A DNA stretch of 64,000 nt from Salinivirgaceae bacterium (lineage in GTDB: Bacteria; Bacteroidota; Bacteroidia; Bacteroidales; SZUA-534). A program made the translations under genes and the position numbers. A model generated the notes under the pieces. It worked only from the letters and a program-made list of their open reading frames with translations. It searched no databases and was not told the DNA's origin. The stretch covers positions 11,785 to 75,784 of the forward strand of contig JAEEPS010000004.1 in the NCBI GenBank assembly GCA_016284875.1. Direction: 5' to 3'. Below, in pieces: positions 36,925-46,500 of this stretch (positions are counted from its first letter, which is position 1; every line of letters starts with the position of its first letter).

Positions 36925-37544
36925 TAAAAAAACTTCTTCCGGCCGCACTGGTCATATTATTCATCGGCTGCAGCAAAGAGACTCACTGCCCTGCGTTTCC
37001 CTACGACATGGAGGCGTGGATTTCATACTATGAGGGCGAGGAAGTGAAATTCACCGGTCCCCATAGCAGCCAATCGTTCAATATTATTGAGTCAAATTCG
37101 TCGAAGTATTACACTGTGGGGCGGACCGAAGCCTGCGAATGCGAATCGAGCGCTCGCAGCAAGACGAACATCGATTCAACCAACAATATTCAGTTGGTTT
37201 GCTATGCCAACAAACTGAACAACCGCACCGACTTTGAGTTCAAATTCCAGCATTTTGGATACTACCACGGAACTTTCTATTTTGCAGAGAAATACGACAG
37301 TTTCAGATTTTGTTTGAAATCCAATGGCGGTATCGAATCGGCCTCTTTCACCGATAATGTGACAGTTGGCGGGAAAAACTACAACCATGTGATTGTGGCC
37401 GAATTGGACACAAATTCAATGCCCGGAACCATAATTCATAGAATCTATATTGCTCAAAACGAGGGCATTATAAAATATTGTCACCGCACGCTCGGCGATT
37501 TTGAACTCACTGAGCGTACCGAGCGCCCAGAACCCATTAACTGA
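36921..37544 (+). CDS. Hypothetical lipoprotein, start overlapping the DUF262 stop (ATGA)
   Basis: The N-terminus MIKKLLPAALVILFIGCSKE is a lipoprotein signal. The long ORF-track N-terminal extension overlaps the DUF262 gene out of frame. Confidence 0.6.
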   Translation: MIKKLLPAALVILFIGCSKETHCPAFPYDMEAWISYYEGEEVKFTGPHSSQSFNIIESNSSKYYTVGRTEACECESSARSKTNIDSTNNIQLVCYANKLNNRTDFEFKFQHFGYYHGTFYFAEKYDSFRFCLKSNGGIESASFTDNVTVGGKNYNHVIVAELDTNSMPGTIIHRIYIAQNEGIIKYCHRTLGDFELTERTERPEPIN

Positions 37545-37550
37545 CGCGAA

Positions 37551-39098
37551 ATGGAAGACACTCTTGTAAAGACTTACGGCTCAGCCGTTTTCGGAATTGA
37601 TGCCATCACCATCACCGTTGAGGTTGACCTCAGCCCCGGAATGGCTTTCTACCTTGTGGGCCTACCCGATAATGCAGTAAAGGAGAGCCAGCAGCGCATC
37701 AATGCCGCGCTGAAAAACAATGGCTACCACCTACCTGGCAAAACCATTGTTGTCAACATGGCTCCAGCCGACATCCGCAAAGAGGGTTCTGCCTACGACC
37801 TAACACTGGCTGTGGGCATTATGGCCGCTTCAGGGCAGATTAAGGCTGAAGCGGTTGAGGATTACATAATTATGGGCGAACTCTCGCTCGACGGCAGCCT
37901 ACAACCCATCAAAGGAGCGCTGCCCATCGCCATAAAGGCTCGTGAGGAAGGTTTCAAGGGATTCATCCTGCCAAAGCAGAACGCCCGTGAGGCCGCCGTG
38001 GTCAACAATCTTGATGTGTACGGCGTTGAAAACATCCGTGAAGTGGTTGATTTCCTGAACGGCGATTCCAAACTTGAACCAACCGTTGTGAACACCCGCG
38101 AGGAGTTCGCAAACAGCGTAAACCATTGGGATTCAGACTTTGCCGATGTGCGCGGACAAGAGAACGTGAAACGCGCAATGGAGATTGCCGCAGCCGGCGG
38201 TCACAACATTATTATGATTGGCCCTCCAGGAGCAGGCAAGACAATGCTGGCTAAACGTCTGCCAAGCATTCTGCCGCCGTTCACGCTGCACGAGGCGCTG
38301 GAAACCACAAAGATTCACTCGGTGGCTGGCAAAATCGACCGCGAGACCAGCCTGATGACCAAACGTCCGTTCCGCTCGCCGCACCACACCATCAGCGATG
38401 TGGCGCTTGTTGGTGGCGGTACATTTCCGCAGCCTGGCGAGATTTCGCTGGCTCACAATGGCGTGCTTTTCCTCGACGAACTGCCTGAATTCCAGCGCAC
38501 AGTGCTCGAAGTTATGCGCCAACCATTGGAGGACCGCGTGATAACCATCTCGCGTGCTAAATTCACAGTTGAATATCCGGCCAGTTTTATGCTTGTGGCC
38601 AGTATGAACCCCTGCCCTTGCGGCTACTACAACCATCCCGACAAGGAGTGCACCTGCACGCCGATGATGCGCCAGAAGTATATGAGCCGCATCTCAGGCC
38701 CGCTGCTCGATCGTATCGACATTCACATTGAGGTGGTGCCAGTGCCGTTCGACAAACTCTCGGGCAAGGAACAACTTGAAACGAGCGCACAAATCCGCGA
38801 ACGCGTGACAAAAGCCCGCGCCATACAGCAGGAGCGTTTTGCCGATTTTCAGGGCGTGCACTGCAACGCGCAGATGACCTCTCGGCTCATCCGCAAATAC
38901 TGCGCCCTAAGCACCGAATGCAGCAATATGATTAAGACCGCAATGGAGAAAATCGGCCTTTCGGCCCGCGCCTACGACCGCATTCTGAAGGTGTCGCGCA
39001 CCATTGCCGACCTTGCCGGCGAGCCCGACATCAAGCCTGAGCACCTTGCCGAGGCCATTCAGTACCGCAGTTTGGACCGCGATAATTGGGGACAATGA
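37551..39098 (+). CDS. comM: YifB/ComM-family Mg-chelatase-like AAA+ ATPase
   Basis: It has a Lon-protease-like N-terminal domain, a Walker A GPPGAGKT and GVLFLDELPEF. Confidence 0.92.
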   Translation: MEDTLVKTYGSAVFGIDAITITVEVDLSPGMAFYLVGLPDNAVKESQQRINAALKNNGYHLPGKTIVVNMAPADIRKEGSAYDLTLAVGIMAASGQIKAEAVEDYIIMGELSLDGSLQPIKGALPIAIKAREEGFKGFILPKQNAREAAVVNNLDVYGVENIREVVDFLNGDSKLEPTVVNTREEFANSVNHWDSDFADVRGQENVKRAMEIAAAGGHNIIMIGPPGAGKTMLAKRLPSILPPFTLHEALETTKIHSVAGKIDRETSLMTKRPFRSPHHTISDVALVGGGTFPQPGEISLAHNGVLFLDELPEFQRTVLEVMRQPLEDRVITISRAKFTVEYPASFMLVASMNPCPCGYYNHPDKECTCTPMMRQKYMSRISGPLLDRIDIHIEVVPVPFDKLSGKEQLETSAQIRERVTKARAIQQERFADFQGVHCNAQMTSRLIRKYCALSTECSNMIKTAMEKIGLSARAYDRILKVSRTIADLAGEPDIKPEHLAEAIQYRSLDRDNWGQ

Positions 39099-39107
39099 TT
39101 GAATGCT

Positions 39108-39150
39108 AGAGGTGTTGGGTATTTGGTTTTAGGTGTTAGTTGTAGGAAGG
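39108..39150. repeat. G/T-rich TTAGG-type spacer
   Basis: The sequence is agaggtgttgggtatttggttttaggtgttagttgtaggaagg. It shares the 11-mer ttaggtgttag with 42273-42283. Confidence 0.7.
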
Positions 39151-39189
39151 TGAAGTACTGCGTGCAATTAAGGCCTGACAAAACAAAGA

Positions 39190-39214
39190 CGGGGGTTAAA
39201 CCCCCGCCTTTTAT
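39190..39214 (+). terminator. Rho-independent terminator after comM
   Basis: The hairpin cggggg-ttaaa-cccccg is followed by ccttttatt. Confidence 0.65.
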
Positions 39215-39257
39215 TAATCATTTATAAATCCCCGACGGGGCGACAGAATTGTCTAGA

Positions 39258-39632
39258 CTAATTATTAAAATCAATGAATACAGATTGGCAATCGTTGTTG
39301 GCGACATTAAATTCGTCTGAACAAACCATATTTGTTCCGCAATCACCTACGGCTTTATATTTATGTTTGCCTTGCTCAATTTCAACAGCAAGAATGCGAC
39401 CATTCTCATCTTTTACATCACAAGGAATTGACACTTCTTTGTCGGAATAAGGATTCTCCAATGTGCCAACAAGTTTATCGTCAACATAAACATCAACATT
39501 GAAAGGGCCGCAATTCACAATCATTTGTGCATTGGTGTATAACATAACCTTTACTTGGTCATTGCATTCTTTGTCTTTTTTGCAACTGGCAAAAGCAGCA
39601 AGAACCAATACTACTAATAATAACTTTCTCAT
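39258..39632 (-). CDS. Hypothetical small lipoprotein
   Basis: The internal ATG at 39632 gives MRKLLLVVLVLAAFASCKKD. I recognise no family. Confidence 0.55.
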   Translation of the reverse strand: MRKLLLVVLVLAAFASCKKDKECNDQVKVMLYTNAQMIVNCGPFNVDVYVDDKLVGTLENPYSDKEVSIPCDVKDENGRILAVEIEQGKHKYKAVGDCGTNMVCSDEFNVANNDCQSVFIDFNN

Positions 39633-39706
39633 AATCAACCTTTTGAATGGGTTGTTAATAAAAAACCGCAACCATACCTTTTGATACGGTTGCGGCGTTT
39701 TTGTTA

Positions 39707-40024
39707 TTACAGCAGTGCGTCAATCTTCTGCGCAAGAATTGGTTTGGCGGCTGCACCAACCTGTTTATCAACCACTTCACCGTTTTTGAAGAACAGCAGA
39801 GTAGGAATGTTGCGGATGCCAAACTGCACCGGTGTGTTTTCGGCTTCGTCAACGTTCATTTTCACAATCTTCACTTTGCCTTCGTATTCGGCGGCAAGTT
39901 CTTCAACTATCGGGAGCAGCATTTTGCAGGGGCCGCACCACTCTGCCCAAAAGTCAACTACCACAGGGATTGCCGATTTAAGAACTTCAGTCTCAAAGTC
40001 GGCGTCAGTTATTCTTTGTGCCAT
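39707..40024 (-). CDS. trxA: Thioredoxin
   Basis: The WCGPC active site is present. The ATG at 40024 gives a 105-aa protein. Confidence 0.9.
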   Translation of the reverse strand: MAQRITDADFETEVLKSAIPVVVDFWAEWCGPCKMLLPIVEELAAEYEGKVKIVKMNVDEAENTPVQFGIRNIPTLLFFKNGEVVDKQVGAAAKPILAQKIDALL

Positions 40025-40185
40025 ATTCGTGTTATTTATTGTTGCGTAAATGTAGAATTTTATCGTTTCGCCACTAACCGATTTTGAAAGATTCAATCAG
40101 AATTTTATTCGCAAGCAGATGTTGAATATTCGGATGTTGCTTCGCGAGAAATATCGCACATAAGGCCGTAGAAAAAGCCAAAACT

Positions 40186-41406
40186 CTACTTCAGCATACT
40201 CACCGCCCGCAGCAGGCTGTCGTGCAGAATGTCAATCTCTTCGGTGGTGTTGTAGAAGGCTATCGAAGCGCGGACGGTGCCTGGAATGCCGAAGTGCTGC
40301 ATTATGGGCTCGGTGCAGTGGGTGCCCGTGCGGACGGCAATGCCCATTTTGTCGAGCAGGGTGCCAATGTCGAACGGGTGGGCGAAATCGGTCACAAACG
40401 AAACCAATGACGCACGCTTTTCGGCGGTGCCAATCTGTCGCAAATCGCTGATAGATTGGATTTTGTCGTTAAGATAAGTGAACAGTTCGCTCTCGTAGGC
40501 GGCAATGTTGTCCATTCCAATGGCCTCAACGTAACGCAGAGCCTCGGCAAGGGCGATAATGCCCACGTAGTCGGGTGTGCCAGCCTCGAACTTATACGGC
40601 AACTGGTTGAAGGTGGTGCCGCTGAACGACACTGTCTCAATCATCTCGCCGCCACCTTGATACGGCGGCATCTGGCTGAGCCACTGCTCTTTGCCGTACA
40701 ACACGCCAACGCCTGTCGGGCCGTAAATTTTGTGTCCGCTGAAGACTAGAAAATCGCAGTCGAGTTGCTGAACGTCAATCGCAAAATGCTGAATGGCCTG
40801 CGAAGCGTCCACCAGCACGGGAATGTTGTGGCTGTGGGCAATCTCAATTATCTGCTCAACAGGGTTGATTGTGCCCAAAGTGTTTGAAACATAGACAATT
40901 GACAGCAACTTGGTGCGGTCGGTTATCAACTCCTCAAGTTCGGCCAGATTCAGTTCGCCACGGTCGTCGAAAGCCCATTTTACAACTTTCGCTTTATGTT
41001 GGTTTTCAAGCAGTTGCCACGGCACAAGATTGCTGTGGTGCTCCATCTCGGTGACGATTACCTCATCACCCTCACTCAAAAACTGCTGGCTGAACGAATT
41101 TGCCACAAGGTTGATACTCTCGGTGGCACCACGGGTGAAGATTATTTCGTGCTCCGACGCAGCATTCAGAAAGCGCCTGACTGTCTGCCGCGACTCCTCC
41201 ATTGCCGCTGTGGCGAGGTTGCTCAAGTGGTGAACGCCGCGGTGTACGTTGGCATTGTATTGGGTGTAAACCTCAACAATCTTGTCGATGACGCGGCGCG
41301 GCTTTTGTGTGGTGGCCGCATTGTCGAGATAGACAAGCCGATGGTTGTTGACGGTCTGCTCGAGAATTGGGAAATCTTTGCGTATCTCTTTGACGTCGAA
41401 GTTCAT
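40186..41406 (-). CDS. sufS: Cysteine desulfurase, SufS type
   Basis: It is a class V aminotransferase with PLP lysine context FSGHKIYGPTGVGVL and active-site RTGTHC. Confidence 0.92.
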   Translation of the reverse strand: MNFDVKEIRKDFPILEQTVNNHRLVYLDNAATTQKPRRVIDKIVEVYTQYNANVHRGVHHLSNLATAAMEESRQTVRRFLNAASEHEIIFTRGATESINLVANSFSQQFLSEGDEVIVTEMEHHSNLVPWQLLENQHKAKVVKWAFDDRGELNLAELEELITDRTKLLSIVYVSNTLGTINPVEQIIEIAHSHNIPVLVDASQAIQHFAIDVQQLDCDFLVFSGHKIYGPTGVGVLYGKEQWLSQMPPYQGGGEMIETVSFSGTTFNQLPYKFEAGTPDYVGIIALAEALRYVEAIGMDNIAAYESELFTYLNDKIQSISDLRQIGTAEKRASLVSFVTDFAHPFDIGTLLDKMGIAVRTGTHCTEPIMQHFGIPGTVRASIAFYNTTEEIDILHDSLLRAVSMLK

Positions 41407-41410
41407 AGCA

Positions 41411-42244
41411 CTATTTTTTCACAATTCGCATTTTCATCATCACATCGTTGAGCGGACGGTCGTTGCGGTCGGTTTCAACGGCTGCGATACTGTCGATAAT
41501 GTTCAGTCCTTCAACCACTTCGCCAAAAACGGTGTAATCACCGTCGAGGAAAGGCGCACCGCCTTCGGTGGTGTAGATTTTGCGCTGTTCGGGGCTGAAT
41601 TTGAACAGTTTGGCATCAGGATTAGTCTCGACAAGATGCTCCACAAGGCTGTCGCAATAGTGGTTGAAAGCGGCAAAGTTGCGCGCGCGCTGCAGTTTGG
41701 TCAGCGCCTCCTGGTCGGCCTTGCTCTCGTCCGATTTCAGCCAATCGTTAAGCATTTTCTGCTTTACCGACGCGTTATGCTGTTCCTCAATGTGGTCTAA
41801 ATCCTTGTTAGAGTACACTTTACCCTGCACGATATAGAACTGGCAGCCCGACGATTTCTTCTCGGGATTGTTGTCGCGAGCGGCAGCCAGAGCACCGCGC
41901 TTGTGGTACTTTCCATCGACAAACTCGGCAGGGATTCGCTCGCCGTGACTTCCAGCGCCCAGCATCTTGCCCTTCGGCGCGTTTTTCGATTCGGGGTCAC
42001 CGCCCTGAATCATAAAGTCCTCAATCACACGGTGAAAGAGCAAACTATCGTAGAAATGTTCCTTGACCAGCGCAACGAAATTTTCCTTGTGCAGAGGTGT
42101 CTCGCCGTAGAGTTTGACCTTCATATTGCCGTATGGCGTCTCGATAACCGCAAACGCAGGTTTCGGTTTCTTGCGGCTGCCCTTTGCCGACATCAGTCCG
42201 CCAGCCAGCAGCACTATCGAAATGTAAAACAATGCCTTTCTCAT
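41411..42244 (-). CDS. Cyclophilin-type peptidyl-prolyl isomerase, secreted
   Basis: The cyclophilin core FHRVIEDFMIQGGDP is present. Confidence 0.9.
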   Translation of the reverse strand: MRKALFYISIVLLAGGLMSAKGSRKKPKPAFAVIETPYGNMKVKLYGETPLHKENFVALVKEHFYDSLLFHRVIEDFMIQGGDPESKNAPKGKMLGAGSHGERIPAEFVDGKYHKRGALAAARDNNPEKKSSGCQFYIVQGKVYSNKDLDHIEEQHNASVKQKMLNDWLKSDESKADQEALTKLQRARNFAAFNHYCDSLVEHLVETNPDAKLFKFSPEQRKIYTTEGGAPFLDGDYTVFGEVVEGLNIIDSIAAVETDRNDRPLNDVMMKMRIVKK

Positions 42245-42267
42245 AATGGGGGCAAATATAGTAAATA

Positions 42268-42308
42268 AGGCATTAGGTGTTAGGCATTAGGCATTAGTGG
42301 TTTAGAAT
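42268..42308. repeat. TTAGG-rich spacer (aggcattagg family)
   Basis: The sequence aggcattaggtgttaggcattaggcattagtggtttagaat lies between the divergent PPIase gene and dxs. Confidence 0.75.
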
Positions 42309-42414
42309 GTTGAGTGTTTTCTGCGAAGATTGAAGACGATATAAACCTCAACGAAAAAACCTTACAACAAATCATCAAATCAACTAAATTTGCGGGATTT
42401 TTAAAAACAACGCA

Positions 42415-44373
42415 ATGCCGGACGCAGGTAACTATCTTTCGAGAATCAATTCGCCTGACGACCTTAAGAAATTCAAGGCCGAGGAGTTGCCTGCCATTTG
42501 CGCCGAACTGCGGCAGTACATCATCGATGTGGTGAGCAAGCACCCGGGCCATTTTGGTTCAAGTTTAGGTGTAGTTGAACTCACGGTTGCCCTTCATTAT
42601 GTGTACAATACGCCTTACGACCAGATTGTGTGGGACGTGGGGCACCAGGCATACGGGCATAAGATTCTCACGGGCCGCCGCGACCAGTTCCCGTCGAACC
42701 GGCTGCTGCACGGAATTTCGGGCTTCCCAAAGCGCAGCGAGAGCGAGTACGACTCGTTTGGCGCTGGACACGCATCAACCTCAATATCAGCGGCTTTAGG
42801 TTTGGCGATGGGTGCAAAACTCAAGGGCGAGACCGACCGCAACGTGGTGGCCGTCATCGGCGACGGCTCAATGACCGGAGGTCTGGCCTTTGAAGGTCTG
42901 AACAACGCTGGCGTGCAGAAAACCAATCTGCTTGTCATTCTGAACGACAACAACATGGCCATCGACCCGAGTGTGGGCGCTTTCAAAGACTATCTGGTCG
43001 ATGTATCGACATCGCAGCGCTACAACAAACTGAAAGACGAGGTTTGGAACATTCTGGGCAAACTGAACCGTTTCGGACCTAACACTCAATCGCTTATCCA
43101 GAAAATCGACCATGGCGTAAAGGCCATCCTGATGAAGCAGGGCAACTTGTTCGAGGCCCTGAACTTCCGATATTTCGGCCCCATCGACGGCCACGACGTC
43201 ATCTACATGGCACGTGTGCTCGACGATCTGAAACGCATTCCAGGTCCCAAACTGCTGCACATCAAGACTGTGAAGGGCAAAGGCTTTCCGCAGGCCGAGC
43301 AGGACCAGACCACATGGCATGCACCAGGCTTGTTCGACAAGCGGACGGGCGAAATCATCAAAGGCAAAACCGACAACCGCCCGCGCTATCAGGACGTGTT
43401 CGGCCACACGCTGCTTGAACTGGCCGAGCGCAACCCGAAGATTGTGGGCATCACTCCCGCCATGCCAACGGGCTGCAGCATGAACATCATGATGGAAAAA
43501 CTGCCCGACCGCACGTTCGATGTGGGCATTGCCGAAGAGCACGCCGTAACCTTCGCCGCGGGCTTGGCAGCGCAGGGCATGGTGCCGTTCTGCAACATTT
43601 ACTCATCGTTTATGCAGCGTGCCTACGACCAGATTATTCACGATGTGGCTCTGCAAAACCTGAATGTGGTCTTCTGCCTCGACCGCGCGGGCATTGTTGG
43701 TGCCGACGGCCCCACTCACCACGGTGCTTTCGACATTGCTTTCATGCGCAGCATCCCCAACATGACCATTGCCGCCCCGATGGACGAGCACGAGTTGCGC
43801 AACATGATGTACACCGCCCAGCACAAGCCCTCAGGACCATTCTCTATCCGCTATCCGCGCGGAAAAACACCTGGCGACAACTGGCACGGCGCTTTTGAAC
43901 TCATTCCCGTGGGCAAGGCCCGCACCATTCGCGAGGGCAACGACGTGGCCATTCTCACCATCGGCAACACTGGCAACTTTGTGAACGAGGTGGCCGACAA
44001 GATTCTGGCGCACGGCATCGACTATGCTCACTACGATATGCGGTTCGTCAAGCCGATGGATACTGAATTGTTACTCAACGTTTTCAAGCGGTTCAATAAA
44101 ATCATTACTATAGAAGACGGCGTAATTGCTGGCGGTTTCGGCAGCGCGGTCATCGAGTTCATGTCCGACCATGGTTTTTCGGCAAGCGTGGTGCGTCTAG
44201 GCATCCCCGACAAGTTTGTGGAGCACGGCGCTTCGCACGAACTTTATGAGATTTGCGGCTACTCACCCGACAACATTTACGAGGCCGTTGTGAAACTCAC
44301 TCAACCCACCCCCGACCTGCACGTCGGTCACCGCATCAAACTATTCAATGCTTTTCACTTTCTAAAACAATAA
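42415..44373 (+). CDS. dxs: 1-deoxy-D-xylulose-5-phosphate synthase
   Basis: Motifs seen are GHFGSSLGVVELTVALHYV and the TPP-binging motif GDGSMTGGLAFEGLNN. The transketolase-like C-terminal domains are present. Confidence 0.97.
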   Translation: MPDAGNYLSRINSPDDLKKFKAEELPAICAELRQYIIDVVSKHPGHFGSSLGVVELTVALHYVYNTPYDQIVWDVGHQAYGHKILTGRRDQFPSNRLLHGISGFPKRSESEYDSFGAGHASTSISAALGLAMGAKLKGETDRNVVAVIGDGSMTGGLAFEGLNNAGVQKTNLLVILNDNNMAIDPSVGAFKDYLVDVSTSQRYNKLKDEVWNILGKLNRFGPNTQSLIQKIDHGVKAILMKQGNLFEALNFRYFGPIDGHDVIYMARVLDDLKRIPGPKLLHIKTVKGKGFPQAEQDQTTWHAPGLFDKRTGEIIKGKTDNRPRYQDVFGHTLLELAERNPKIVGITPAMPTGCSMNIMMEKLPDRTFDVGIAEEHAVTFAAGLAAQGMVPFCNIYSSFMQRAYDQIIHDVALQNLNVVFCLDRAGIVGADGPTHHGAFDIAFMRSIPNMTIAAPMDEHELRNMMYTAQHKPSGPFSIRYPRGKTPGDNWHGAFELIPVGKARTIREGNDVAILTIGNTGNFVNEVADKILAHGIDYAHYDMRFVKPMDTELLLNVFKRFNKIITIEDGVIAGGFGSAVIEFMSDHGFSASVVRLGIPDKFVEHGASHELYEICGYSPDNIYEAVVKLTQPTPDLHVGHRIKLFNAFHFLKQ

Positions 44374-44419
44374 GCAATTGTTTTACAAGATGAAAGATAA
44401 GATTATTTGATGTTTTACA

Positions 44420-44506
44420 TCAATTTACTATAGCCACTCCCACAAGTTGCTCGTATTCTGCGGCAGCGGGATAATAAGAGAAGGCAATTGTAGGAATTAA
44501 AAACGG
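44420..44506 (-). pseudogene. Relic of the 3' end of a DUF5103-like gene
   Basis: The minus-strand translation PFLIPTIAFSYYPAAAEYEQLVGVAIVN-stop parallels the C-terminus of the gene at 46675-47931 (IFLVFYYPAAAEYEQLVGVLKIGN-stop). Confidence 0.6.
44435..44476. repeat. 42-bp perfect direct repeat, left copy
   Basis: The sequence cactcccacaagttgctcgtattctgcggcagcgggataata is identical to 46693-46734. Confidence 0.92.
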
Positions 44507-44509
44507 CTA

Positions 44510-44800
44510 TTAAATATCCATTGCCACCTTTATTGAGTGAATGTCAGTTTTCATTTGAGCAATATTGGCGGCAAGTTCTTGTAAATCAACGTCAGTGCTG
44601 CCTTTCACAAGTTCCGACACGTCAACTTTAAAGTATTCTGCAATTTGGACAAGACGGAGAAAAGAAATGTTTGTCTCACCACGCTCGATTTTGGCGTATG
44701 AAGTCTTTGATATTTCCAAATCAAATGCAACATTTTCCTGCGTCAGATTTTTAGCCCGTCTGACGTAAGCAATGTTTTTGCCGAGAGATGCCAAGTCCAT
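44510..44800 (-). CDS. XRE-family helix-turn-helix transcriptional regulator
   Basis: The HTH region reads LGKNIAYVRRAKNLTQENVAFDLEISKTSYAKIERGETNISFLRLVQIAEYF. Confidence 0.85.
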   Translation of the reverse strand: MDLASLGKNIAYVRRAKNLTQENVAFDLEISKTSYAKIERGETNISFLRLVQIAEYFKVDVSELVKGSTDVDLQELAANIAQMKTDIHSIKVAMDI

Positions 44801-44802
44801 TT

Positions 44803-44826
44803 GTTATACATTTAGTTATACAAAAC
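44803..44826. promoter_or_regulatory. Candidate operator, left arm (tandem TTATACA half-sites)
   Basis: The sequence gttatacatttagttatacaaaac abuts the XRE start codon. It is repeated in inverted orientation at 44889-44909. Confidence 0.45.
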
Positions 44827-44888
44827 TACCCTTTAGCATTATTAGTTTGTGTACTCATTAACTGCACAAAAAATAGTTGGGAATTGCA

Positions 44889-44909
44889 GTTTTGTATAAA
44901 ATGTATAAC
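44889..44909. promoter_or_regulatory. Candidate operator, right arm (inverted copy)
   Basis: Its reverse complement gttatacattttatacaaaac equals the left arm minus 3 nt. Confidence 0.45.
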
Positions 44910-44968
44910 TTTGAGTTGTTTTTTGAATAACTGATGATTAATATTTAAACAATTTAATTCTGCGAAAA

Positions 44969-46426
44969 ATGAAAAAGATTATGTTTCTAATGTCTGTACT
45001 GGCTTTTACAGTCGCTTTTGTTGCTTGTGAAAAAGACAATGATAGTAATCTGGTTTCCGTTTCTGTAACGGCTGGTGAAGGCGGAACCGTCGCTGGAGAT
45101 AATGGCAAACACAGCGTAGGTGAGAATTTAAAATTTGTTGCCATTCCAGATAATGGCTATGTGTTCTCGTGTTGGAGCGATGGTATAAAAAGTAATCCCC
45201 GTACTATAACCGTGCAGAACGACGACATTATCCTTGTTGCTCTATTTGCAAAAAGCGATGGCAACAATAGTGAGTATAACAACGAAAACAATGGCGAAAA
45301 TCATGACGGGAACGGGAATGGTGAACAAAACACTGATAATAACCCCAATTATTTTACAACAGGTTGTTGGGAAGGATACTTGCCTATAAGAGAAAATGAA
45401 GGTTCAAACTATTCAAGTTTGTTTTATTTTTCCGATGACAACGGTAGTAAATATGGCATAGAAAATTCTTATTATAAAGGTGGTTTGGACAATAGTTACG
45501 ATTTTCTATGGGAGTGGAATAATGACACGCACAGCGTTCTTGTTTTAAACTATGGAGGCAAATGGGCTGAAGACAAATGCTATGTTGAAATATTAGAATT
45601 TAACGAAGACCACATATATGGTTATTACTATAAAACGCCAGCAGATTATATTGAAAATCGTGTAAAAGTGGAGTTGAAACGCCATATGGCAACTAACGTT
45701 AACATTAGCAGTTTGACAATAGTTGCACAATCGGATGGTGCTATCAGTATTGAAGGAAACATAACGGCTAACGGTAATATTACTAAAATGGAATTACAAG
45801 ACCTTGAAGGGAAAACAATTGCTGATATACCTATTAATAACATGAAAATTATTGAAAAGGAAGAAAACGGGAAAAAAGCAAGAGTTTTTTCTATGGATAT
45901 TACTTCTGTTACTATTCCTATACAAAAAATGCAATTGGTTTATAAAGCAAAAGATGGTGATATAGGTAAGGGTATTGCCACGATAGGAGAAGATTATGCT
46001 TTTAATGTGGGTAATGGTTATAACACCGTTCTTGGTTCACAAATCTCTTTGGTTGACCAGAAATGCTACCTGTTGGCTGATTTTTATGACTCCACTACTG
46101 GAGAGGTTAATGATATTGCAAAAACAATTGAAGTTGTTTTGAAGGGCGGTACAAACGGCGATCCTTATCCAGCAGTGCTTGAATCAGCAAAAACGATGAT
46201 TATTGCTAATCGTCCAGGTAACAATAGAACACAAGAGCAAACCGATGCTAACAAAGCCAAATTGGCTGATGCGAAAATATTCCCCAATGTTGTTTTTACA
46301 ACAACAGGGTGCATTGCTACTTACACTCTAACAAAAGTTGATGATGTTACTTATAAATTGAGCGGAGTTATGATAAATTCGAAAGGTAATTATAAAGTTG
46401 ATGTTTCAGCGGCATTTGCTAATTAA
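44969..46426 (+). CDS. Surface lipoprotein with an N-terminal divergent InlB B-repeat (Listeria-Bacteroides repeat) domain
   Basis: A lipobox FVAC is present. The repeat domain reads VSVTAGEGGTVAGDNGKHSVGENLKFVAIPDNGYVFSCWSDGIKSNPRTITV. The C-terminal ~200 aa are paralogous to the ORF at 63224. Confidence 0.7.
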   Translation: MKKIMFLMSVLAFTVAFVACEKDNDSNLVSVSVTAGEGGTVAGDNGKHSVGENLKFVAIPDNGYVFSCWSDGIKSNPRTITVQNDDIILVALFAKSDGNNSEYNNENNGENHDGNGNGEQNTDNNPNYFTTGCWEGYLPIRENEGSNYSSLFYFSDDNGSKYGIENSYYKGGLDNSYDFLWEWNNDTHSVLVLNYGGKWAEDKCYVEILEFNEDHIYGYYYKTPADYIENRVKVELKRHMATNVNISSLTIVAQSDGAISIEGNITANGNITKMELQDLEGKTIADIPINNMKIIEKEENGKKARVFSMDITSVTIPIQKMQLVYKAKDGDIGKGIATIGEDYAFNVGNGYNTVLGSQISLVDQKCYLLADFYDSTTGEVNDIAKTIEVVLKGGTNGDPYPAVLESAKTMIIANRPGNNRTQEQTDANKAKLADAKIFPNVVFTTTGCIATYTLTKVDDVTYKLSGVMINSKGNYKVDVSAAFAN

Positions 46427-46452
46427 CAGAAAGATGCTTTAATCAAATGAAT

Positions 46453-46495
46453 CCGCAGCCATTGGAGCAAATTTCTGATGGCTGCGGTTGTTTTT
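46453..46495 (+). terminator. Rho-independent terminator
   Basis: The arms ccgcagccat and atggctgcgg form a 10-bp stem, followed by ttgttttt. Confidence 0.8.
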
Positions 46496-46500
46496 ACATG

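Noticed and set aside
42245-42414. The leader of dxs, examined for a riboswitch such as TPP.
   Set aside because: No recognisable TPP-riboswitch core (CUGAGA / ACCUGAUCUGGAUAAUGCCAGCG-like elements) is present. The region is dominated by the TTAGG-rich spacer.
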